64,000 bases of DNA, taken from assembly GCA_964493995.1 (NCBI GenBank), contig CAZBQD010000002.1, positions 20,901 to 84,900 of the forward strand, written 5' to 3'. Within the stretch, counting starts at the first letter, position 1. Every line of letters begins with the position of its first letter. Source of the DNA: an uncultured Francisella sp. GTDB lineage: Bacteria > Pseudomonadota > Gammaproteobacteria > Thiomicrospirales > Thiomicrospiraceae. The notes beneath the pieces are model-generated. The model had not been told where the DNA came from. It saw only the letters and a list, made by a program, of their open reading frames with translations, and ran no database searches. The position numbers and the translations under genes were made by a program. Of this stretch, positions 45,298 to 55,096 are shown in pieces.

Positions 45298-46039
45298 ATG
45301 TCGCCAGGTGTGACGGCTTACCGTACAAAAAACCTTGAAATTTTTGGTAGCCGAAATTCATTAAAATCTCTTGTTGTTGCTGCGTTTCAACTCCTTCGAC
45401 CAAAGCAGAAACACCGATGTCCTTGCTCAGTTTCACCACATAGTCTAAAATCGATAAACAACGCTTATCTTTGAAATTTAAGAAAGATTTATCGACTTTG
45501 ATTTTTTGCACATTGAGTTTCTGTAGTTTTTGGATGCCGGAATAGCCAATACCAAAATCGTCCAAAGCCACATCGATGCCAATATCGTTGAGGTGATCCA
45601 CCAGCCAACGCAATGAAGCAATATCGACAACCGAAATCGTCTCGGTCAATTCTACGCCGATCAGTTTGGGGTCAATTTTTTCGCGATAAATGGCTTTTTC
45701 TAGCGCTAATGAAAAGCGACCATTTTTTTGCACTTGTTTGCCGGAAATATTGAAGTAAAACTTATGTTGCTGACGCTTGGCATTGTAGCGACGTGCATCA
45801 ATGATTACCTTGTTGAGCACCCAATCACCCAACTCGTTAATAATGCCGTAATCCTCTGCAACCGAAATGAATAAGTCAGCTCGAACACTCGACCAACGGG
45901 TTAGGGCTTCGTAACCAATGGTGTGAATTTTACCCGAGTCAGTGATTTCCACTTGAGGTTGATAGAGTAAAGAAAAGTCCTGAAATGCGTTATTCATGCA
46001 GGCTTTCATATCACGCAGCATTTTGATTCTTTCGGACAT
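45296..46039 (-). CDS. Stand-alone EAL domain c-di-GMP phosphodiesterase
   Basis: All catalytic-type motifs are present: YEALTRW, VELTE, DDFGIGYSG, KVDKSF and EGVET. Confidence 0.85.
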   Translation of the reverse strand: MSERIKMLRDMKACMNNAFQDFSLLYQPQVEITDSGKIHTIGYEALTRWSSVRADLFISVAEDYGIINELGDWVLNKVIIDARRYNAKRQQHKFYFNISGKQVQKNGRFSLALEKAIYREKIDPKLIGVELTETISVVDIASLRWLVDHLNDIGIDVALDDFGIGYSGIQKLQKLNVQKIKVDKSFLNFKDKRCLSILDYVVKLSKDIGVSALVEGVETQQQQEILMNFGYQKFQGFLYGKPSHLAT

Positions 46040-46053
46040 AGAGTGTGACGCTT

Positions 46054-47067
46054 CTAAAGTTGGGTGATTCGGTTCCTTCCTTGAAGTTTCGAGAGAAGCC
46101 GTGCTTCTTCAGCTCGGCTGTGCAAGGAAGCCTCTGTGTCATCTTTACAAGCATGGGCTATGCCAAAAGAGGCGGTAATCGAACCTATTTCTTGTTTTGT
46201 GCTGCGTAATAAAATTTTAGAGTAAAAAATAGCCCGACGTGCTTTTTCTGCCCACTCTAATACCTCATCTGGGTTGGTATTGACAAAAATAAACACAAAC
46301 GACTTGCCACTGTATCTGGCTAGAAAGGCCACGTTGCCCAGTAGTTGTTTCATTTTTTGCGCCAAATAACGCAATACCGCATCGCCAACATGGAAGCCGA
46401 AGTTTTCATTTAACAGCGAAAATTGATCGATATCGGCAATGACGCAGCTCAGTTGTTGGGTCGATTCGGCATGGAGTGTTTTCTTGATGAAGTCATCATA
46501 AGCCAATCGGGAGTGTAAGCCCGTTAAGGGGTCGTAATTAATACTTTGTTGTAGATCGGATACTTTTTGTTTTAAGTCGGTGAGATGGGATTGTGTGCCT
46601 GTTAGGGTTTCCATAAACACATATTGAGAAACCGATAGGGTCATCGCTTCTTTTTTGAGCTTGCCAGCAATCGAGGAGAGATCAAGCGCCGATACCTCGT
46701 CGGCATCCAGGCGGTCAATTTGTTGATCGAGCACAGCGCTAGAACGCTCTGTAATGGTTTTGATTTTCAGTGAGCTTTCTTGTAATTGTTCTGTAATATC
46801 ATCTAATTGTGCAATATTATTAACACAGGATTCGCCAATATATTTGTGATAAAGGGTATTTAAGCCAAATTCGAGCGTTTTGCCTTTTTCTAGTGCCAAT
46901 AATTCATCGGACAGACTACAGGTAAAACCATTCATAGCCGCCTGATAAAAAACCGCATAGGCTAGGGGAGTAAACTTGATTTTGGCATCTCGAATGGCGG
47001 CACACACAATGCCGTGCAGATTAGCGCATTGCTCTTCACTGTAAGGATAGCGAGTTGCTGAAATCAT
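46054..47067 (-). CDS. GGDEF-domain protein with a degenerate active site (SGKSF)
   Basis: The GGDEF fold pattern is present (ADIDQFSLLNENFGFHVGD...ARYSGKSFVFIF...KLQGRNR), but the GG(D/E)EF motif reads SGKSF. The N-terminal ~170 aa are an unknown helical domain. Confidence 0.75.
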   Translation of the reverse strand: MISATRYPYSEEQCANLHGIVCAAIRDAKIKFTPLAYAVFYQAAMNGFTCSLSDELLALEKGKTLEFGLNTLYHKYIGESCVNNIAQLDDITEQLQESSLKIKTITERSSAVLDQQIDRLDADEVSALDLSSIAGKLKKEAMTLSVSQYVFMETLTGTQSHLTDLKQKVSDLQQSINYDPLTGLHSRLAYDDFIKKTLHAESTQQLSCVIADIDQFSLLNENFGFHVGDAVLRYLAQKMKQLLGNVAFLARYSGKSFVFIFVNTNPDEVLEWAEKARRAIFYSKILLRSTKQEIGSITASFGIAHACKDDTEASLHSRAEEARLLSKLQGRNRITQL

Positions 47068-47256
47068 AACAAAGGACAGCTCCTAAGTGTTAAGCGGTAA
47101 TAGGATTGAACGTTTCAACGACGCCTATTAACCTAGCAATCACTTAGCTCAATCTTATAATGATTATTGATGAGATTCAAGTCTTGACAAAGCCACAAAG
47201 CCAATAAACAGGCAATAAAACGCTAAAATAGGATAAACGTCCTATGCCATTTAACC

Positions 47257-48192
47257 TTATTCTTGCTGCATCAGACGGCGCAGATTCTCTTCGCGATCGG
47301 AACGGTCGTATTTAGCGGTGGTATTGGCATTGGCATGACGAGCTAGGGCTTGAACATCGCGTAGTTTGTGACCTTCATCTAACAGGTGGGTAATGCGCGA
47401 ACGGCGCATATCGTGAGGGGCTAAACTACTAGGGTCAATTCCCGCCAATAATGCAGTTCGTTTGAGTATGTCTCGTATGGCGACGTCACTCAGGGCTTGA
47501 CTGGCATCCAGTTGTCCACCTTTGCGAATGCGACAAAGGAGTGGACCTGGCTTCTGTCCGCGTATGGCTAACCAGGCTTGTAGATTTTGTTCAATTTCAT
47601 CACCATAAGGTAATTCAGCTTCTTTATTGCCTTTGCCAACAAAACGAATAATGCGACGTTGCTGATGAATGCTGGCAAGTGTTAATTTGGCGACTTCAAA
47701 ACGTCGTAATCCCAGTAAATACAATAAATTAAATATCAGTTTATCGCGAATTAGGGTGGCATTATGTGGCAGTTGCGCTTGTGTTGCGCGCATGGCGGTT
47801 AATTCCTCGTAGGTAATTTCTCGACCCGCAGGCAAGCGTTGAATTTTCTTAAATGGAATGGCTTTAATGCGAGCATAAACATCGCCATCCATATTGCCCA
47901 ATAACCATGCATTTTTGGCAACACCACGCACTAAGCTAATGACTTGATTGAGATAACGCTCTGATTTATTGGCATCTTGCAGACGCAACAAAGCTGTGAG
48001 CACATCATCAACCGTGAGCTGGTTCCAATCGATGGCATCTAATGAGCGGCTTTGACCGCCAGTTAAAGCTTCGACAAATGCCGGCGCGGCGGCACGTAAA
48101 TAGCCTTGACGAGAGCTGGTCGAAACGCTACTTAAGTAAGCGGTTAAGGGATTGGCTTGTGCGGTCGCCGGTAAAACAGTTGCTGAACTCAT
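47257..48192 (-). CDS. Tyrosine site-specific recombinase (phage integrase family)
   Basis: The catalytic pattern is present: R (GLRRFE), K (GKGNKE), HxxR (HDMRRS), H (ARHAN) and Y (TAKYDR). Confidence 0.85.
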   Translation of the reverse strand: MSSATVLPATAQANPLTAYLSSVSTSSRQGYLRAAAPAFVEALTGGQSRSLDAIDWNQLTVDDVLTALLRLQDANKSERYLNQVISLVRGVAKNAWLLGNMDGDVYARIKAIPFKKIQRLPAGREITYEELTAMRATQAQLPHNATLIRDKLIFNLLYLLGLRRFEVAKLTLASIHQQRRIIRFVGKGNKEAELPYGDEIEQNLQAWLAIRGQKPGPLLCRIRKGGQLDASQALSDVAIRDILKRTALLAGIDPSSLAPHDMRRSRITHLLDEGHKLRDVQALARHANANTTAKYDRSDREENLRRLMQQE

Positions 48193-48254
48193 GGGTTAAG
48201 ACTCACATTTCAGGGTTCATATCATAGGGTGGGTTGAGATAGGATAATACAAAG

Positions 48255-48292
48255 TTATTACTTTCGACAAGATCTATTGTCGGAAGTAATAA
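48255..48292. other. 16-bp-stem inverted repeat between the recombinase start and the rlmC stop (terminator or recombinase/regulator site)
   Basis: ttattactttcgacaa (48255-48270) pairs with ttgtcggaagtaataa (48277-92), with a 6-nt loop gatcta. 15 of 16 positions are complementary. Confidence 0.45.
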
Positions 48293-48307
48293 TAATCCCT
48301 TTGCAAT

Positions 48308-49477
48308 TTATCTTCGCACTAATAATACCAACACTTCAGCATGTTGTGTATGGGGAAACATATCAAACACCCGCGCATGAATCGGCTTGAACTGATGCAG
48401 CCGTTCCAAGTCTTGCGCTAAGCTATTCGGATTACAACTGGAATAAATGAGCTGAGTTGCCGTTGTTTCATTTAGGAATGCACATAAGGCTGCACCAATA
48501 CCGCGTCTGGGCGGATTGACGATAATACAATCTGGCGTGGCGTCGATGGCTGTGTGGGCAAAATCATCAGCTGTTAAGGCTCGAAACCGCATTCGATTTG
48601 ATAAGCCAAGTTGCTCCGCACTGCGTTGAGCACTGTTTATGGCATCGGCGTTGATTTCAATACCGGTTACATTTCCCTGCATTACTTGCGCCGCATGTAA
48701 AGCAAAGCCACCGACACCACAAAACAAGTCCCAGAGTTGATTCGGCTGACTTTCGGCAATCCAAGTTTGTGCTTGTGCGTAAAGTTGAGCGGCAACGGCT
48801 GAATTGGTTTGAAAAAAACTGCGCGGATGACAATACAAAGGTAATCCATTCAACCAATGCGTCAGAACCTTTTGTTCCGTCAACACGATTTCTTGCTCAC
48901 CTTCGACAATTGCCGCTGGCAAGGGTTGAATATTGACCGACACCACCGCTAGCTTTGGCATGGCTTTCATCAGTGCGGGCAAATGCTGTTGAATGGCGGC
49001 TATGGCTTGAGTCGATCGTAACACAAACCGACACATCAGCGCATGGGTCTGTTCATCTATGCTGACAATGACGTACTTTAACTCGCCTTGACGTTGAATC
49101 ACGTCATAAGGCATGAGCTTCACCTGTTGAATCCAGGCTCGGATTGGTTCAAAAGTGGATTGTAATTCAGCAGGATATAAAGGACAGTTAACTAAGTCAT
49201 GAGCCTGAAATTGCCGATCCAGCAGTCCCAGTATTGGTGCTTGCCAATGACCACTGACCACCATTTTGGCTTTGTTACGAAACCCCTTAATGGCACTTGG
49301 CACCAGCGGCAACCAGTTGATGTCACAAGAAAACTGAGACAAAATCGCTTCAACATCAGCCTGTTTTTGCTCACATTGTTGCAGGTAACTCAAGTCTAAT
49401 TGCGTACAGGAACGACAAATGCCTTGCTCGTAATAACCACAATTCAGTTGATTAGCCAAAAGAAAGACCACCTGCAC
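48308..49477 (-). CDS. rlmC: 23S rRNA (uracil747-C5)-methyltransferase RlmC (RumB)
   Basis: Close resemblance to E. coli RlmC throughout (GFRNKAKMVVSG, CPLYP, GELKY, FFQTN, WDLFCGVGGF, NPPRRG, FDMFPHT). The GTG at 49477 overlaps recD by 26 nt, and a TTG at 49459 is an alternative start. Confidence 0.85.
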   Translation of the reverse strand: MQVVFLLANQLNCGYYEQGICRSCTQLDLSYLQQCEQKQADVEAILSQFSCDINWLPLVPSAIKGFRNKAKMVVSGHWQAPILGLLDRQFQAHDLVNCPLYPAELQSTFEPIRAWIQQVKLMPYDVIQRQGELKYVIVSIDEQTHALMCRFVLRSTQAIAAIQQHLPALMKAMPKLAVVSVNIQPLPAAIVEGEQEIVLTEQKVLTHWLNGLPLYCHPRSFFQTNSAVAAQLYAQAQTWIAESQPNQLWDLFCGVGGFALHAAQVMQGNVTGIEINADAINSAQRSAEQLGLSNRMRFRALTADDFAHTAIDATPDCIIVNPPRRGIGAALCAFLNETTATQLIYSSCNPNSLAQDLERLHQFKPIHARVFDMFPHTQHAEVLVLLVRR

Positions 49478-51254
49478 GTTGTACGGAGCGCCCTACCGCT
49501 GTAAATAATGGCTGAGGATCGGCGCACGCCAAAATAAATTGATGCTTGGCGCGTGTGATGGCAGTGTAAATGAGTTCCTTGGTCAAAATGGGGCTATCCT
49601 GATATGGTAACAATAAACAAACTCGATTAAATTCAGAGCCTTGCGACTTATGTACGCTCATCGCATAAGCATCTTCTAGGTGAGACAAACGGGCGGGCAG
49701 AATCCAACGAATCCCCTTCTCGGTGGCAAAAGCGACACGCAAGCCTAACCTGGGATGAGACAAACATAAGCCAATATCCCCATTCATCAAATTTAGAGTG
49801 TAATCGTTGCGGGTGACCATCACCACTCGACCGGCTAGCCATGGCGCCGAATCTAGCCCCAACCACTTTGCCATACGCTGATTCATGGAGAGCAGACCCC
49901 AGCGCCCTTCTCTCACCGCGCATAATAATTGAAACTCACTTAATTGACCAAGACATTTTTTTGCCCAATCATCAGCATCCTGCTCTTTAACTGCTTCATT
50001 TACCATGACTTTTAGGCTGTGCCACTGAGTTAAAATCAGCTGTTTGAGCGCTTGCGTGTCATAGTCATGAATGGCTAACGCAACCACCGCCTCATTTGAG
50101 TTTTTCTGCCACGCAGCGAGTGATTTATAAGCGGTTCTCACCGACTTAACGGCTTGCTGATTCACCCAACCAGCCCACTGACCAATGGCGCTACTGGCAT
50201 CGAAACGGTGCGAATGACGCAGCATAATCGTTTGTTGCGCTAACCCGCTTCCCCTGAGCGAACAATAAGCCGCCGGCAAGTGTTGACCCGCATAGGCTAA
50301 CAACCACTGCTGAGTTTCTGACGAATAATGTCCCTGCTCAGCTCCATGGCACAACTGACCTAACACAGCGCCCGCATCAACCGAGGCGAGTTGATCTTTA
50401 TCGCCTAATAAAATGAGCCGTGTTGTCATGGGTAATTGTGTTAATAATTGCGCCATCAGATGCAAATCAATCATAGAAGCTTCATCGACAATAAAGCAAT
50501 CGCATTGTGTTAGCTCATCACTAGCCAGCCATTTATGCAAGGTTTGTGCCAGCGTGGGTAAATTGAGCTGAAACTCTGCGGGTAATTGACCGATTGCCTG
50601 CTGAATCGAAGAAGCCAATCGGGCGGCGGCTTTACCCGTTGGGGCAGATAAGCCAATACGTAAGGATTGCGTTGTTGTCGAGGTTTGCGCCAAACGTTGC
50701 AAGGTGGCTAACAGGCGCACGACGGTTGTGGTTTTACCCGTGCCCGGTCCACCGGTGATAATCGAAAAGGAAGCGCGTGTTGCCAAAGCGCAGGCGATAA
50801 CTTGCCAATTAGGCTCATTCGCATCAGTGCTATTATTCGGAAACAAGGCTGCTAACCAAGCGATTAATACGGTTTGATTGTCATCACGCAATGCCAAGCG
50901 CTGTTGAACATTCAGTTGAATCCTTTGTTCATCCAGCCAAGCACGTCGCATATAAAGTCGATTATCTTGCCACACTAGCGGACTCGATTCGTCATCGGCT
51001 TGCCACCAGGAACACTGATGCTGTTGTTCTGACCAAGTAGGACTTAACCGACTTTCAGACACGCCATGAGTATGATGGATGATCAGGCTGGTGATGTATT
51101 CGTCTAACAGTAAGCAAGCATGACCGGCACGGTAGGCATGACTGGTGAGTGCCGCCAGTAACCAAGCATCGGGGTGTGCGGCGGCTTGTCGCTGTAATAG
51201 ATGCGAGAAGGCCTCATCGACGGCATTTAGATGAATGTGCTTTAGCTGGGTCAT
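49452..51254 (-). CDS. recD: Exodeoxyribonuclease V alpha subunit RecD
   Basis: Walker A GGPGTGKTTTV, Walker B FIVDEASM, and the C-terminal motif VHKSQGSEF. The start overlaps the recB stop as ATGA. Confidence 0.9.
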   Translation of the reverse strand: MTQLKHIHLNAVDEAFSHLLQRQAAAHPDAWLLAALTSHAYRAGHACLLLDEYITSLIIHHTHGVSESRLSPTWSEQQHQCSWWQADDESSPLVWQDNRLYMRRAWLDEQRIQLNVQQRLALRDDNQTVLIAWLAALFPNNSTDANEPNWQVIACALATRASFSIITGGPGTGKTTTVVRLLATLQRLAQTSTTTQSLRIGLSAPTGKAAARLASSIQQAIGQLPAEFQLNLPTLAQTLHKWLASDELTQCDCFIVDEASMIDLHLMAQLLTQLPMTTRLILLGDKDQLASVDAGAVLGQLCHGAEQGHYSSETQQWLLAYAGQHLPAAYCSLRGSGLAQQTIMLRHSHRFDASSAIGQWAGWVNQQAVKSVRTAYKSLAAWQKNSNEAVVALAIHDYDTQALKQLILTQWHSLKVMVNEAVKEQDADDWAKKCLGQLSEFQLLCAVREGRWGLLSMNQRMAKWLGLDSAPWLAGRVVMVTRNDYTLNLMNGDIGLCLSHPRLGLRVAFATEKGIRWILPARLSHLEDAYAMSVHKSQGSEFNRVCLLLPYQDSPILTKELIYTAITRAKHQFILACADPQPLFTAVGRSVQRAGGLSFG

Positions 51255-54200
51255 GGTAATTCACTCGAAAAAATCTGTGATAGCCTTTCTAACTCAGCTA
51301 AGCTGGGCTTAGAGCGCCAAATACCCTGTTGCGGCTGTTGCGCATCGGCACCCCTTATGAACCAGTAAATGGCTCCCCCCATGTGCTGCTCATAATCATA
51401 ATTCGCTAAACGAGTTGATAATAAGCGGTGTAATGCCAACACATACAGCATGGCTTGCACATCGTAACGGTGGGACAGAATGGCTTGTTGACACGCCTTA
51501 TCATCGTAGCCATGGGCTAGTTTATTGGTTTTATAATCGAGCACATAATAGCGTCCCTCATGTTCAAAAACCAAATCCATAAAACCGGTCAATAAACCAC
51601 CCAAACGTTGATACGAGAGCTTGGGTCGATCCACGCCAGCCAACACCATAGTGCTGACGGCGTCATCAATCGCTTGACTATGCGATTGCGCCAGAGGTAA
51701 GGTGAAACTCATTTCACACCAAAAAGCCCCTTGAATTAGCTGATTCAGACTCAAGGGTGCTGTGTTCGATTCCGCCGCTAGCAGGCAAATGGGATGCTGT
51801 GCCAAAGTTATTAACCATTGGTGAAAATCTGGTTCAAAGGTTAAAGCTAATTGATGATAAGTCAGTTGTTGTGACCAGAAACGCGACCAAAAGTCGGTAT
51901 CGGCATGGGTTCCCTCTAGCAGCATGGTTTCTAACGCTTGGTGCATTAAATCACCGACTCCCGCTCCTGCTGGCAAGTCTTGCCAAGGGGTTTCGATGGC
52001 GGCGAATTGAAACAGCGGTAGGTCACGATGACCCACATCATCCTCATCACTTTGAGTCTCTTCTAACTGATCTTCCAGTAAGCGAAACTCACTAGCGTTG
52101 ATGCGCTGGGCATCGAGTCGTTGTGTTAAGCGTGAATAGCTGCTCACTTGCCAATAGGGCCAGTTGCGTGATTTAGGAAGCAAAACCATTGAGTGACGAG
52201 CGAGTGGTGGGTCATGAGTGATGAACTCAGACGTTTTTTCAGACGTTTTTTCAACCGCTTCGACTAAGGGTTCGCACTGAATGCCCGCGGTGGCTGACCA
52301 AGGCTTAAAAGCTTCTGCCCAAAGTGTTTCGTCATCGCCACGACGATCTCCTGCCAATAAATAACCCAAGGCGCTTTCATAAAAACCGGCACTTTGTGCG
52401 CTCGATTTCAGTCCTGCCACCCCTAACCACAAAGCATGACTGGCACGCGTTAAGGCCACATAAAGCAAGCGAATCGACTCTTGCCAATCGAGTTCACGCT
52501 CTTGATCATCGGTTACTTGTCTTTTATTCATACCCAAAGTCATGGCAAAGGGTAAGAACACCAAGGGATATTCAAGGCCTTTCGATTTATGAATGGTAAT
52601 GATGGTTATGCAAGAAGCATCACTTTCCAATCGCACCAAATGTTCTTGTGCTGTCGAGGCCTGCGGCTGACTGATATGCGAGGCTAACCAGCGAATCAGC
52701 GCCACACGCCCTTCTCGCTCTAATGAGGCTTGTTGAAGCACTTCCGCCAAATGCAATAAGTTAGTGAGTTTGCGCTCACCTTCCACCTGTTGTTGCCAAT
52801 AGTGTGCAATGCCTTGTTCGTGCATGAGCCGATACAGCATCGCCAGAACACCCTGATGTTGCCAGGTATCGCGCCACGATCGAAAACGCGTCACCCATTC
52901 ATCCCATGCGGCTTCATCATCTTTTAAGCTATCCAGCTCGGTTAACGAAAAAGCAAAGCTGCGACTGGCTAAAGCCGCTTTAATGGCACGGGTCGATTCC
53001 GGTTCATGCACTGCCCGTAACCAACGCCAAACATCCAAGGCTTCTTCGCTAGTCAGCACACTTTCCTTGTCCGATAAATAAACACTGGGAATACGTTTTG
53101 CTCTTAACGCCTGTTGAATGTTGATCGCTTCAGTGCGGTTTCGTACCAACACCGCGATATCTTTCGCTTCGAGGGATTGAAGTGCTTGCTCTGTGGCGAA
53201 ACCGGTGTCTGCACTGCTCAGTAAGCAAGCAATTTCATCTGCACACTGGACCGACATCTCCGTTAAGTAGCGCTCTTTAGTGACACATTGACCCGCTGCT
53301 AGCTTCCACAAGGTGATGGCGGCTTGATCTTGCCCCGCCACTTTCAAACTCGGGAGTGGCTTGCCCGCACTGACTTCGACAAAGGCAATCGGGTTTTCAT
53401 CCCCTTGCCGAAATTGAAAAGCGCCTTGTGGATGGCTTTCTGCCAGCTTAAATAAGGCATTAACAGCCGAAATGACTGACTCACTGGAGCGGAAGTTTTG
53501 CGTGAGTGTGTGGTGATGCTGTGCATCTTTTCTCGCCCGTAAATAGGTGTCCATATCGGCACCGCGAAAACGGTAAATCGCCTGTTTGGGATCACCAATC
53601 ATCAGCAACAGGCAATCATCGCGCTGCTGATATAGGGGCATTAAACAGCCATATTGCCAAGGGTCGGTGTCTTGGAACTCATCGACCAGTGCAACGGGAA
53701 ACTGCTTGCGAATGGCATTGGCTAGGGCTTCGCCCGCCTCTCCTTGCAATGCTTGATAGAGCTGTTGCAACAAATCATCGAAATCGAATAGTCCGTCACG
53801 CTGTTTGGCTTGCTGATACAAACGAGCGACCTCAAAACGGGCATGCTCAAGCAAGGCTGATTGATACTCAGGCTCTTGTTGCAACAGGCGCACATAGTTT
53901 GCCATGGCATCAAAAGCAGGATGTTCAGGCGCTTTACCTTTTACACTGGTAATAAAACCACCGCTACTCACCGCTGTCAGTTGTTTTATAGTCGGCGCAT
54001 TATGGCCTGTTTGCAACCAATTCAGTAATTGATTAAACCAACCTTCTTGATAATTTCTACCGTTGAGTGCTTTACTGGCTTTAGCTGCGTTAATTAAAGC
54101 CGTAACCTCATCTGTCCACAGCGTTTGAAGTTGCTTAAAACACGCGGTCAGTTCAGCTTGCCAGGCTAACCAAGGTTCAAGCGCTTGGCTGGGTTCGATC

Positions 54201-54850
54201 ATTGCGACCGAGTGATGAAGAGAAGCATCGGGTTTAGCCTGCTGAGCGTTAATCTGAGCCAACAAATCCTCTGGATTGCTTGCCCATGCTTGCACAGCTC
54301 GAATGGCATCAGGCTTGAGCGCATAATAAACTTGGCGCCAATAGCGCTTGCAAGCGGCTAATTTGAGTTGATGCGTGTCTTCAACCAAGGTTTGCTCAAA
54401 CAGCGATAAGCTATCGAAAGCGTGCTGTCGCAACATGCGACTCGCCCAGCCGTGAATGGTAAAAATAGCCGCTTCATCCATCCATTCAATGGCTAAACTC
54501 AGTTTTTGCACACAGAGTTCGTAAGTTTCAGGCGCAAACTCGTTCAACAGAGCGGATAACAAAGAGTCGTTGCTGTTCCCTTGCTCAAAAGCCCACTTGG
54601 CTTCCTGTAAACGCAAGCGAATACGCTCACGCAATTCCGCCGTTGCCGCTTCGGTAAAGGTCATGACCAAAATGTCGGGCGGCAACAAGAGGCGTTCGCC
54701 TTGGTCGAATAGCTGTTGATGCCCTAATACCAAACGCAGGTACAAGGCAGACAAGGTGTAGGTTTTACCCGTACCCGCACTGGCTTCGATCAGTTGTTGA
54801 CCTTGCAGCGGCAAGGTTAAGGGGTTGAGGTTGGTTGCAGTGAGTGTCAC
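51251..54850 (-). CDS. recB: Exodeoxyribonuclease V beta subunit RecB
   Basis: 1199 aa with UvrD-like motifs ASAGTGKTYTL and VDEFQDTD, and a C-terminal nuclease domain (GFMDLVFEHEGRYYVLDYKTN). The start codon is GTG. Confidence 0.92.
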   Translation of the reverse strand: MTLTATNLNPLTLPLQGQQLIEASAGTGKTYTLSALYLRLVLGHQQLFDQGERLLLPPDILVMTFTEAATAELRERIRLRLQEAKWAFEQGNSNDSLLSALLNEFAPETYELCVQKLSLAIEWMDEAAIFTIHGWASRMLRQHAFDSLSLFEQTLVEDTHQLKLAACKRYWRQVYYALKPDAIRAVQAWASNPEDLLAQINAQQAKPDASLHHSVAMIEPSQALEPWLAWQAELTACFKQLQTLWTDEVTALINAAKASKALNGRNYQEGWFNQLLNWLQTGHNAPTIKQLTAVSSGGFITSVKGKAPEHPAFDAMANYVRLLQQEPEYQSALLEHARFEVARLYQQAKQRDGLFDFDDLLQQLYQALQGEAGEALANAIRKQFPVALVDEFQDTDPWQYGCLMPLYQQRDDCLLLMIGDPKQAIYRFRGADMDTYLRARKDAQHHHTLTQNFRSSESVISAVNALFKLAESHPQGAFQFRQGDENPIAFVEVSAGKPLPSLKVAGQDQAAITLWKLAAGQCVTKERYLTEMSVQCADEIACLLSSADTGFATEQALQSLEAKDIAVLVRNRTEAINIQQALRAKRIPSVYLSDKESVLTSEEALDVWRWLRAVHEPESTRAIKAALASRSFAFSLTELDSLKDDEAAWDEWVTRFRSWRDTWQHQGVLAMLYRLMHEQGIAHYWQQQVEGERKLTNLLHLAEVLQQASLEREGRVALIRWLASHISQPQASTAQEHLVRLESDASCITIITIHKSKGLEYPLVFLPFAMTLGMNKRQVTDDQERELDWQESIRLLYVALTRASHALWLGVAGLKSSAQSAGFYESALGYLLAGDRRGDDETLWAEAFKPWSATAGIQCEPLVEAVEKTSEKTSEFITHDPPLARHSMVLLPKSRNWPYWQVSSYSRLTQRLDAQRINASEFRLLEDQLEETQSDEDDVGHRDLPLFQFAAIETPWQDLPAGAGVGDLMHQALETMLLEGTHADTDFWSRFWSQQLTYHQLALTFEPDFHQWLITLAQHPICLLAAESNTAPLSLNQLIQGAFWCEMSFTLPLAQSHSQAIDDAVSTMVLAGVDRPKLSYQRLGGLLTGFMDLVFEHEGRYYVLDYKTNKLAHGYDDKACQQAILSHRYDVQAMLYVLALHRLLSTRLANYDYEQHMGGAIYWFIRGADAQQPQQGIWRSKPSLAELERLSQIFSSELP

Positions 54851-54852
54851 AG

Positions 54853-55095
54853 TTATTCATTAACAAATTTAAAGTAATTTCTTTCTTTGCCTTCTTGCAA
54901 TAAAGAAAGAATATCACTTTCGGAAAGGCCTAAGTCCACCCCTTCAACACTTAGCGGCGATTGTTTTGGCGGCACTGGTGTGATGTAGAATGAATCCCCA
55001 TCTCGACGGCTAATGCAAATAACCCCTTCCTGTTTAGCCGTATCTAACACGAATGCTAGGTTTTGTCGTGCTTCTGTAAAGTTGTATTGTTTCAT
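54853..55095 (-). CDS. Phd/YefM-like antitoxin
   Basis: The N-terminus MKQYNFTEARQNLAFVLDTAKQEGVICISRRDGDSFYITPV fits the Phd/YefM pattern. GGAG lies 8 nt upstream of the ATG at 55095. The gene starts 1 nt after the PIN stop and ends 2 nt before the recB start. Confidence 0.65.
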   Translation of the reverse strand: MKQYNFTEARQNLAFVLDTAKQEGVICISRRDGDSFYITPVPPKQSPLSVEGVDLGLSESDILSLLQEGKERNYFKFVNE

Positions 55096-55096
55096 T

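Noticed and set aside
45058-45474. 138-aa plus-strand ORF
   Set aside because: It overlaps the small membrane protein gene in another frame. It runs straight through the bidirectional terminator and into the antisense of the EAL gene.
47257-48192. Possibility that the tyrosine recombinase is an integron integrase
   Set aside because: There is no array of short cassettes or attC-like imperfect palindromes on either side. The flanking genes are normal-sized chromosomal genes on the same strand.
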